From a virus, in IMG/VR virus record IMGVR_UViG_3300029982_000012: a DNA stretch of 64,000 nucleotides; one strand, given 5' to 3'. The number at the start of each line of letters is the position of its first letter. Within the stretch, counting starts at the first letter, position 1. Under the pieces are notes generated by a model. That model had not been told where the DNA came from. It made no database searches and worked only from the letters and a program-made list of their open reading frames with translations. Below, piece after piece: positions 57,127 to 64,000 of the stretch. Made by a program: the position numbers and the translations under genes.

Positions 57127-57329
57127 TAAATTTTCCCTTGGCGCACCATTTCGTAAACATGTACAAGTTCTCGAAGTAAGGGACTAAGTTGTAAATCATC
57201 ACTGTAATTCAAAAGCATGAGTCTTAGATTTCCTTCTGGAATAGATAAAAATACTTTCTGTTCGTCACACACGTTTGATTCATAAAAATCATGTCCTAAA
57301 ATACCTTCTTCAGTGTCTAAACTTTTCAT
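57126..57329 (-). CDS. hypothetical protein
   Basis: ATGA coupling. Confidence 0.55.
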   Translation of the reverse strand: MKSLDTEEGILGHDFYESNVCDEQKVFLSIPEGNLRLMLLNYSDDLQLSPLLRELVHVYEMVRQGKI

Positions 57330-57631
57330 GCTTTGTCCTCTTTCAATTTTTCTAGTTGATAAACGCCACCTTCTGTTTGGAAGGTAACGCCTGTGGTGGA
57401 ACTATCTAAAATAGCAACAACTGGACTAGTACGAATATATGTAGGGTCAGAAAATCCAGGCCTATCTCTAGCGCTATTGTCTACGAGTACCATTACAGCG
57501 TAATCGTCTCTTTCAAGTGTAGTAAAGGATCCCTTAACGGACTCTCCAACGCCAACCATTGATGCCCGGAGACTTTTAATCTTGGTAAGTTGATACTTAT
57601 CTTTTGGGGATAATTGCTTAAATACTTTCAC
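57326..57631 (-). CDS. hypothetical protein
   Basis: RTSPV...F.T....Y.L motif. Confidence 0.6.
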   Translation of the reverse strand: MKVFKQLSPKDKYQLTKIKSLRASMVGVGESVKGSFTTLERDDYAVMVLVDNSARDRPGFSDPTYIRTSPVVAILDSSTTGVTFQTEGGVYQLEKLKEDKA

Positions 57632-57640
57632 GATCGTCCA

Positions 57641-57850
57641 TTATGGCTTCTGAGCAATATGATTTTGTAATTCATGCATTGTATCTACATATACAGCCGC
57701 ATATCCGCGAGCCAACATAGACTCAGCCCATTTTTGAATCGCTGCATGGTTCTCTTCTTTTGAAAATTCAAGCACAATGCATTTACCAACAGCTTTACCG
57801 TTGGCTTTTTCTACTGTATATTTTTGCTTAAGACCGTCTTGCTTATTCAT
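57641..57850 (-). CDS. hypothetical protein
   Basis: AGGAG RBS; GL..KY.V.K..G. Confidence 0.6.
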   Translation of the reverse strand: MNKQDGLKQKYTVEKANGKAVGKCIVLEFSKEENHAAIQKWAESMLARGYAAVYVDTMHELQNHIAQKP

Positions 57851-57858
57851 TTGTCTCC

Positions 57859-58194
57859 TTAAAGAACCGTATTTTGATATGCTTGGGTTACAGCGCGGCT
57901 AAGACGGCTTGTAGTCGTATTATCAGTTTTTTCGTTACCGAATGTGCGGCCTACCGCTTGGGCAACCTGAAGAGCTGTTACTGGAGTTTTGTTGGTAAGC
58001 AGGTATCCGCCACCCGGACCACGAACAGAGGTGACAATCCCGGCTGTACGGAGATTGCGCATTACTTGTTCGAGAAAATTGGTTGTTGTTCCAACTTTAA
58101 CCGCCAAGTCTTGTGTACGAACAGGTTCTGTTCCAAGAGTTTTAAGTGATTCTACTGCTTTGATTCCTAGTTCTAGTTTCTTATTCAATTTCAT
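57859..58194 (-). CDS. Rrf2-family transcriptional regulator (no Fe-S Cys)
   Basis: FLEQVM..LR.AGIV.SVRGPGGGY.L. Confidence 0.9.
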   Translation of the reverse strand: MKLNKKLELGIKAVESLKTLGTEPVRTQDLAVKVGTTTNFLEQVMRNLRTAGIVTSVRGPGGGYLLTNKTPVTALQVAQAVGRTFGNEKTDNTTTSRLSRAVTQAYQNTVL

Positions 58195-58225
58195 ATTTCT
58201 TCCTTCTTTGTTTAGCGAACCTTAT

Positions 58226-58483
58226 TTATGATACTGGTTGGTCGTTTGGTTCAAAACGATCCATTTCATCTTTAATTGTTTGTAGAGCAAATATTAACTG
58301 CTCAACAGATTTTTTGTCATGAAAACGTAAATTAAATTTGTTGTGAAATTCAACATCTATCGGTGATTTAACTTCAAGAATCTCAATACAAGGTATTCCG
58401 TAATAATCAGGATTTACAGAAATATTAGTCCTAATTTCACTACAGTTAATTGTGTAAGTTGTACTTGTGGATTTAAACATCAT
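58226..58483 (-). CDS. hypothetical protein
   Basis: ORF in array. Confidence 0.5.
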   Translation of the reverse strand: MMFKSTSTTYTINCSEIRTNISVNPDYYGIPCIEILEVKSPIDVEFHNKFNLRFHDKKSVEQLIFALQTIKDEMDRFEPNDQPVS

Positions 58484-58525
58484 ATTATTATTTTACACCA
58501 TTTTTGTCAGGAATACAACAATTAT

Positions 58526-58759
58526 TTATTGTTTGTCCGATTCTTGCATACGACCTAAATCTTGAAGTAGGAGATAGTGATTTGTCTCTAAGGCCCCATC
58601 AATTAGGTCCTGTACGGGTTTATCGGACATAAGCCTAATTGCATCCAAGAAATCTACAAGTCTCTTTTCGCGTTCAAAAGTCCTAATAGCTCTATATTCC
58701 ATACCCTTAATAAGTTCCAATACAGCATCATCTGAAAAATTTTTACCGCGAATATTCAT
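58526..58759 (-). CDS. hypothetical protein
   Basis: ATGA coupling. Confidence 0.55.
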   Translation of the reverse strand: MNIRGKNFSDDAVLELIKGMEYRAIRTFEREKRLVDFLDAIRLMSDKPVQDLIDGALETNHYLLLQDLGRMQESDKQ

Positions 58760-58938
58760 TTTGTGTCCTTTTCCTTATTCCATACTAACTTTAGGCTTTC
58801 TACTGGAAGCCTCGTTCCTTGTTTAAGGCCTGTTTCTTTCGCATCTTTCGCCAATTCACTTAGACATTGTTGGATAGTCTTCCTTGGTCCCAGAATATAA
58901 ATAAAGAAAGTCTTTATGCGACTAAATAGAGTCTTCAT
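58756..58938 (-). CDS. hypothetical protein
   Basis: TAATG coupling. Confidence 0.5.
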   Translation of the reverse strand: MKTLFSRIKTFFIYILGPRKTIQQCLSELAKDAKETGLKQGTRLPVESLKLVWNKEKDTK

Positions 58939-59543
58939 TAGGCCTTTTTCTTGGGTAATGAATAGCGATATGGATCTCCGCTCTTACCACTACCGGTTCT
59001 AGATATCTTATTGTTTTTTACGAGTTTTTTAAGAAGAGGAAGAAATCGATCTCGCCTAACTTGACTTGCTTTTTGGAATCTATACGCTGTAAGACCCGAA
59101 GGAACCCATTTAAGGATCTCAAGCATTGATTTGGCATTTTCAGTAGCTATTTTTTTCTTGGTCTTCTTCTTTTTAGACTTACCCCATTTAAAGCCTTTTT
59201 GGGGATACGCAAGAAGGCTGCCATCTGATCCAATTTCAAGGCGAGGTGTTACATTAGGAAATTCATATATAAGGTCGCCCATACCGCCGCATCCATACCC
59301 ACCTCTAGGATCTCCGGGGTGTGTACTATTAGAGGAGTCGGTATTTGAATTTCCAGCAACTCCTACAGAATCTGGGCCACTAATTGAATCTCCAGATCCT
59401 CCGTTACCAACGGAATAGCAATATGGCTTTTCGGGAATATCTAGGCATTCCGTAATAATAAGACCGTGTTGTGGCGATATATATCTAGGTTTAGGCCTAA
59501 AAAAACCAAGTAAACTATCAACTAACTTCAATAAACTTTTCAT
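58938..59543 (-). CDS. hypothetical protein with C-terminal winged-helix-like domain
   Basis: LKKLV...KI.RTG.GK.GDPYRY. Confidence 0.55.
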   Translation of the reverse strand: MKSLLKLVDSLLGFFRPKPRYISPQHGLIITECLDIPEKPYCYSVGNGGSGDSISGPDSVGVAGNSNTDSSNSTHPGDPRGGYGCGGMGDLIYEFPNVTPRLEIGSDGSLLAYPQKGFKWGKSKKKKTKKKIATENAKSMLEILKWVPSGLTAYRFQKASQVRRDRFLPLLKKLVKNNKISRTGSGKSGDPYRYSLPKKKA

Positions 59544-59567
59544 TCGTATTCCCTTTCAAAGAAATCA

Positions 59568-60254
59568 TTAGAGCTTTTTACTAAATCTATCCATTTTCAT
59601 TTCTTTCCACAGGGCAAGAAAATCGCGTCTCGCTTTGGCTCGATACGCTCTCCACATTCTCTGCTTCATGTGGGCGGAAGGAAGGGTAAGAGCGTTAGAG
59701 GGCAAAAGGGAAGTCCTCACCAGGCGGAAGCCGATGTAGAAGTAGCGAAGGCCAGCGTCGCCGTTGCTGCGCTGGGCGGAACGCAAGAACAGCGGATCGC
59801 CGTACCAACTGCCCCCGCGAAGCACGCGGTACGAACTATCCTTGAACCATAAATCTTGGCACCATTCCCAAACATTTCCATGCATATCGTAAAGGCCGAA
59901 TTTATTAGGCTTCTTTAAGCCTACCGAATGGACTTTATTGCCTGAATTTGTGTAGAACCATGCATAATCTTCTAATTCTTTTTCGTCATTGCCGAAGCAG
60001 AAATCGGTTGTACTGCCTGCTCTGCAGGCATATTCCCATTCTTCTTCAGTAGGGAGTCGGTAGGTATATTTTCCTTTTTTGGAGTTCACTTTACTTAGGA
60101 ATTCCTGAACATCGTTCCAGGAGACTTGTTCGACTGGATTTTTATTGCCTTTAAAGTAAGATGGATTATTTCCCATTACTTTTTGCCATTCAACTTGGGT
60201 GCATTGATAGACAGACATTTCAAAATCTTTACCGGGTATTTTAACGAATTTCAT
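59568..60254 (-). CDS. FGE-sulfatase (CLec-fold) protein, probable DGR target
   Basis: PVEQVSWND, RLPTE.EWEYACRAG, N.FGLYDMHGNVWEW, RVLRGGSW...R....GFRL. Confidence 0.9.
   Translation of the reverse strand: MKFVKIPGKDFEMSVYQCTQVEWQKVMGNNPSYFKGNKNPVEQVSWNDVQEFLSKVNSKKGKYTYRLPTEEEWEYACRAGSTTDFCFGNDEKELEDYAWFYTNSGNKVHSVGLKKPNKFGLYDMHGNVWEWCQDLWFKDSSYRVLRGGSWYGDPLFLRSAQRSNGDAGLRYFYIGFRLVRTSLLPSNALTLPSAHMKQRMWRAYRAKARRDFLALWKEMKMDRFSKKL
59715..59834 (-). repeat. DGR variable region (VR)-like segment
   Basis: 79/120 GC, only 13 A, none of 40 codons ends in A; the presumed variable positions are mostly NNC/NNT codons. Confidence 0.7.
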
Positions 60255-60268
60255 ATAATAGAAGTTCC

Positions 60269-60463
60269 TTATTTATCGAATTTATTTTTGCAATAATTCT
60301 TAAGGCTATCTTCATCTACGGCCTTAATGTCTAGATCCTTATAAAGCTCTCGAAAGATCTGGCGACACGCTTCGCGTTTACCATCTAACCTTAACTGTTG
60401 GGCGCACAACACATTAACTCCCAAGAACATGGCCGCCGTCAAAACTAATATAACGATCCTCAT
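60269..60463 (-). CDS. small secreted/membrane protein
   Basis: AGGAGA RBS, signal-like N-terminus. Confidence 0.55.
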   Translation of the reverse strand: MRIVILVLTAAMFLGVNVLCAQQLRLDGKREACRQIFRELYKDLDIKAVDEDSLKNYCKNKFDK

Positions 60464-60482
60464 ATTTAATTCTCCTTTGTAC

Positions 60483-60586
60483 AGTATATAACAAATTAGG
60501 ATTTATGTCAAGTATTTTTATTTGATAGTTTTAGTCTTTTTTTGTATCAAAAAATACTTGCTTTTATCATACAAATAGAGTATACT
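60483..60586. promoter_or_regulatory. divergent sigma70 promoters at strand switch
   Basis: minus: TTGACA-N17-TATACT (60511-60483); plus: TTGCTT-N17-TATACT (60558-60586). Confidence 0.8.
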
Positions 60587-60594
60587 TTAAGAGT

Positions 60595-60789
60595 ATGGTA
60601 AAAAGAGTTTTAAAGTCATTCGGTGTTACTTGTCTATTATTTTCGGGTGCGATTGCGCTTTTTCTTATTGGTATACTATTCCGTATTCTTGGTGAGGTTT
60701 TTGGATATCATAATGGAGAATCGATAGCGGCTTTATTTTTAGTGGTATTTATGGTATCGTATTTGTTTGTATGGGGAAATGAACAATGA
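60595..60789 (+). CDS. small membrane protein (2 TM)
   Basis: Two hydrophobic helices. Confidence 0.55.
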   Translation: MVKRVLKSFGVTCLLFSGAIALFLIGILFRILGEVFGYHNGESIAALFLVVFMVSYLFVWGNEQ

Positions 60790-61160
60790 ATCACGAGAAA
60801 AAAGAACAACCTAAGTATGAAATTGTTGGTAAGTGCCAAGATGGAGTTACTAGAAACATCTTTAAGGACGACAAAACATATGTTAGAAAATCAATGGCCG
60901 AAAGAATGTGTTTGGAGATGCAAGAAATTGTAGATGAAGAGCTTTTTGTACGGGAGGTTATTTGTAACGACCCAAAATTGCTTAACAACGAATTCTTCCT
61001 AAAGATCGTTCGTGACTGGAAACATTCCTGGATGAACCAACGACAAAATGATGAAGCAGATTTTCAGAATTATTACAATAGAGCTTTTGGGATTGATTCT
61101 AATATGATGCATTCATTGGCTAATAGATTGTCGGATGCAGTTAATGGAGATGACAAATGA
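60786..61160 (+). CDS. hypothetical protein
   Basis: ATGA coupling. Confidence 0.6.
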   Translation: MNHEKKEQPKYEIVGKCQDGVTRNIFKDDKTYVRKSMAERMCLEMQEIVDEELFVREVICNDPKLLNNEFFLKIVRDWKHSWMNQRQNDEADFQNYYNRAFGIDSNMMHSLANRLSDAVNGDDK

Positions 61161-61426
61161 GCATTAGAAATTTACAGAGATCAAAAAAATTAAAGAAACT
61201 CAAACTTTCCCGTCAACAAATATCGGAACGCGCTTTAGAGATTGCCAAGCAAATGATTGATCACGGCGGATACAAAAATGCCGTTGCTGGTATTGGGCGA
61301 ATGAAAATTCTAGCTCAAGCCGTAAACGATGGTTATTGGGAAGAAAAAAGATCTATGGGCGAAGAATACGAAGAGTATTATTTACTTCATGGGGATCAAA
61401 ACGTAAAGAGTAGGGCTGTAGAATGA
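61157..61426 (+). CDS. hypothetical protein
   Basis: ATGA coupling, GGAG RBS. Confidence 0.6.
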   Translation: MSIRNLQRSKKLKKLKLSRQQISERALEIAKQMIDHGGYKNAVAGIGRMKILAQAVNDGYWEEKRSMGEEYEEYYLLHGDQNVKSRAVE

Positions 61427-61851
61427 AGACCTACGAAGAAGAACGTGATGAGGCTGCAGAAGCAGACGATTCTGAAAACATAAATACGACTGCAGCAGCT
61501 TTTGTTCGAGGTGCAGACTGGGCTAATGATAGGGCGGCAAAAGAACTCAAAGAATTGGATGATCGACTCAAAGGAATGGCTTTAGAGTCATTTGATTTAA
61601 ACTTTAAAATTATTGGATTGGAAGAAGAACTGAAGACGGTTCGGGCAGATCGCGACTTACTCGATGAGGGCAATATTGTATTGAATCATAAGTTATTGGC
61701 TAGGGACGCAATGATTCAAAAAATTGGCACAGAATTTCAAAAATTAAGAGACACAATTGAATTTGGTCCATTTTTTGGCGATATTGCAACAAATTGTGTG
61801 GTAGAAGCCGATCTGGTACTTAAAGAATTAGAAAAATGGAAGAAATCATAA
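61423..61851 (+). CDS. hypothetical coiled-coil protein
   Basis: AF..GADWA motif; ATGA coupling. Confidence 0.6.
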   Translation: MKTYEEERDEAAEADDSENINTTAAAFVRGADWANDRAAKELKELDDRLKGMALESFDLNFKIIGLEEELKTVRADRDLLDEGNIVLNHKLLARDAMIQKIGTEFQKLRDTIEFGPFFGDIATNCVVEADLVLKELEKWKKS

Positions 61852-61998
61852 TGAAGACCCAAACTTTCTTAACCGTTAATAAGGCTCAACATCACGATAT
61901 AAGAAAAAAACTTGAATTTGCGTTAGACCAATATGGACTATTGGTATGGAGCGCTGAAGACATAAATAATTGGTATTTTATATTCGAGAGGGGTTAAA

Positions 61999-62379
61999 AT
62001 GAAAAAAGAATATGTAATTGATACTGATACCTGTACCGAATCAGAAGAACAACTTCGATTCCTGATGATGGAAAATGAGATTTTCATAAATAACGGCTGG
62101 TGGTACAAAGAAGACGGTAAACCGTGGCCCGAAGACCATATCACTATTCATGTAATCTGCAATGATGTTTTTGCCTGGGGATGCTCCGACTCTGAAGACT
62201 TGCTTTATGGAGAAATTAAAGACCTATTTGATCACTATATTAAGGATTCTAGATGGGGGACTGCCATTTGGTGTATTAAGAAGAGAAAAATACCTCCTCA
62301 GAAGCCGGTATATGACATGATTAAGAATGAAGGGGTTTGGCCTATTGACGAGATCCTAAAATCTTTTGAGGAGAATTGA
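61999..62379 (+). CDS. hypothetical phage protein
   Basis: V.CNDVFAWGC.D.E...W...KR...P. Confidence 0.65.
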   Translation: MKKEYVIDTDTCTESEEQLRFLMMENEIFINNGWWYKEDGKPWPEDHITIHVICNDVFAWGCSDSEDLLYGEIKDLFDHYIKDSRWGTAIWCIKKRKIPPQKPVYDMIKNEGVWPIDEILKSFEEN

Positions 62380-62593
62380 TGGCTACCTGGGGACAGAAAA
62401 AGGTTAATTTTGACAAGTATTACCCACACTCAAGTTTATACTACGAGTATAATACAACGTCTGATTCCTATTACCTTAAATTAGATACAGAAAACGACTA
62501 CGGTATTGGACCAGAGAAGTATTGATGTTTTTTCATCGCGGGCCAAGGACTTTTAATTAGGCTATAAGTCTTATACGGTAATAGGAGATAGAT

Positions 62594-62896
62594 ATGAAGC
62601 ACATAAAGACAGAGACTGAAACGGTTCAGCGTGAAAAGATAATTAAGACAGAGTGTGACTTCTGTGACGCTACGATCAAATATCACGAGGATGAGAACGA
62701 AATTAAGGCTCTCTATGATTTTGAGAAATGTGGTTACGATGTGGACGCGGACACTGAGATCAAAATTAGACTAAGTAGTTCATATCCTGAATGTGGCAAT
62801 TCAAAAGAGATCGAGATGGATATCTGCGCAAAGTGCTTTAAAGAGAAGGTCATGAATCAGGCTAAACAGTATCGTGAAGTCGATGCGGATTGGTGA
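62594..62896 (+). CDS. hypothetical zinc-binding protein
   Basis: CDFC...DIC..C; AGGAG RBS. Confidence 0.6.
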   Translation: MKHIKTETETVQREKIIKTECDFCDATIKYHEDENEIKALYDFEKCGYDVDADTEIKIRLSSSYPECGNSKEIEMDICAKCFKEKVMNQAKQYREVDADW

Positions 62897-62899
62897 GAT

Positions 62900-63175
62900 A
62901 TGGACAAACTTAAAGAAAAAATTACAAGAGCTGCTAAAAAATGTGCTGGACCTGACGAATACGAATCGTGTCAGGATAAGGTGTATCAAACCTTTAGTGG
63001 TCTTTACGAAATACGAAGAAGTTGTTTTAGACAGGGTGCAGATTTTGCTACTCCTTTGGCAATGAAAGAGGGCTTTATGGAAGCAATGGACTATTTTGCT
63101 CGTAAGGGCGATGGAGCTACTTTATTTGACTTGGCAGAATACGGTAAGAAGATCGGAATTTTAGATGGAAAATAA
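62900..63175 (+). CDS. hypothetical protein
   Basis: ORF in array. Confidence 0.55.
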   Translation: MDKLKEKITRAAKKCAGPDEYESCQDKVYQTFSGLYEIRRSCFRQGADFATPLAMKEGFMEAMDYFARKGDGATLFDLAEYGKKIGILDGK

Positions 63176-63407
63176 TGCATGCGAGTGTGCTTACACTCCA
63201 ACAAGACGAGATAAATTAAGACGCTTTTACGGAAGTATTAAGCATTGGGCTTATATGAAATGGCATGGGTTTTATTGGAAGGTGCTGCATTTGACAGGAC
63301 TAACTAGACCTTATTCGGTAGCGATGTGTAAACTAAACTGGTACAGCAAGTTTATGGACGGGCGGTGTCAATGGTGTGGTAATGATCATAGGAAAGGAAA
63401 AGCATGA
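63165..63407 (+). CDS. hypothetical protein
   Basis: ORF in array. Confidence 0.5.
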   Translation: MENNACECAYTPTRRDKLRRFYGSIKHWAYMKWHGFYWKVLHLTGLTRPYSVAMCKLNWYSKFMDGRCQWCGNDHRKGKA

Positions 63408-63634
63408 AAAAGTACTTGGTCATTGCAGATTACGTTCGATCTAAAAACGATGGTGATCGACACTACATTGGTTGTAATAAGTTAATGAACCTTTATGGCG
63501 TTCATGCGGAAGAGTGCATTTGTTTAGATAGCGGTGATAGGAGTGCTCCATCTATCGGCTGGTATCACAAGCGCTATCCTGGCATAGTTGAGCTTCGTCC
63601 AAGTTATATCGGGGATTATACGTTAGGAATTTAG
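63404..63634 (+). CDS. hypothetical phage protein
   Basis: V.S.NDGD.HYI...L..LYGV...EC. Confidence 0.6.
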   Translation: MKKYLVIADYVRSKNDGDRHYIGCNKLMNLYGVHAEECICLDSGDRSAPSIGWYHKRYPGIVELRPSYIGDYTLGI

Positions 63635-63671
63635 GTGATATAAGTGGGGTAGCCTATTACATTTCTGACCC

Positions 63672-64000
63672 TCAAAATGTGTTCGGATCCACTATATTTG
63701 ATTGGATAGAGTTCGATTCAATATTTTTATGGACCGAATTAATCCAATTAATAAACTCGCTTACGGTTTTATCCATCTTTCCTTTATTGCACCATTCGCA
63801 ACAAGGTACACAATTGTTAACAAAATAACCTTTCGTGTTGTCAAGTCGATCAACTCCATTGTATTTTAATAAATGCCTGTATGTTTTATTTTTGGGTTTT
63901 ATGTCACAATAAAAACAATTTCGTTGAATTAAAAGAAATAATTCTTCATTACTTAAATCCCAAGATAGCCCTCTATTCCTTGCTGCAATTTTATAACTCT
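63672..64000 (-). CDS. HNH endonuclease (5' end outside window)
   Basis: Read manually: CFYC...NGVDRLDN.KGY...NCVPCC..CN..K; stop TGA at 63672. Confidence 0.8.
   Translation of the reverse strand, partial: SYKIAARNRGLSWDLSNEELFLLIQRNCFYCDIKPKNKTYRHLLKYNGVDRLDNTKGYFVNNCVPCCEWCNKGKMDKTVSEFINWINSVHKNIESNSIQSNIVDPNTF

Noticed and set aside
1-64000. Alternative genetic code suggested by the CUA-loop RNA
   Set aside because: Long ORFs are intact in code 11 with dense packing, and TAG acts as a normal stop (e.g. 26436, tmRNA tag).
1-64000. CRISPR array, DGR template repeat or reverse transcriptase
   Set aside because: No regularly spaced repeats, no AAC-rich copy of the VR and no RT motif ORF found by eye; all repeats seen are protein-coding modules.
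1-64000. Host assignment
   Set aside because: Sigma70 promoters, an SLT and a lipoprotein fit a diderm bacterium, but nothing in the window identifies the lineage without a search.

Overview
A 64-kb AT-rich segment of a large tailed phage with a contractile tail (myovirus-like). No host genes or rRNA are visible. Positions 1-36.8 kb hold a minus-strand tail and baseplate module: tape measure, hub, spike, LysM/gp25-like wedge, a 2390-aa baseplate-J-like protein, tube-like protein and several modular tail-fibre proteins. It is interrupted by two plus-strand accessory islands and by homing endonucleases. Positions 36.9-64 kb are accessory and early genes: dUTPase, class II RNR, HAD phosphatase, nucleotidyltransferase, Rnl2-like RNA ligase, peptide deformylase, Rrf2 regulator and many small ORFs. 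Notable items are: (i) a DUF3494 ice-binding protein gene with its own putative late promoter, sharing a module with baseplate/fibre proteins; (ii) a tmRNA plus five aberrant tRNA-shaped RNAs (two covarying copies of one unrecognised family, a double-T-arm RNA, a tRNA with a 3-nt CUA loop, and a tRNA-Ile with a 64-nt D-loop insert) interspersed with RNA-repair genes; (iii) an FGE-sulfatase/CLec gene carrying a DGR-type variable region, with no TR or RT seen in the window; (iv) a recurrent CAATCTTA motif that behaves like the late promoter. All family calls come from motifs recognised by eye; no searches were run.
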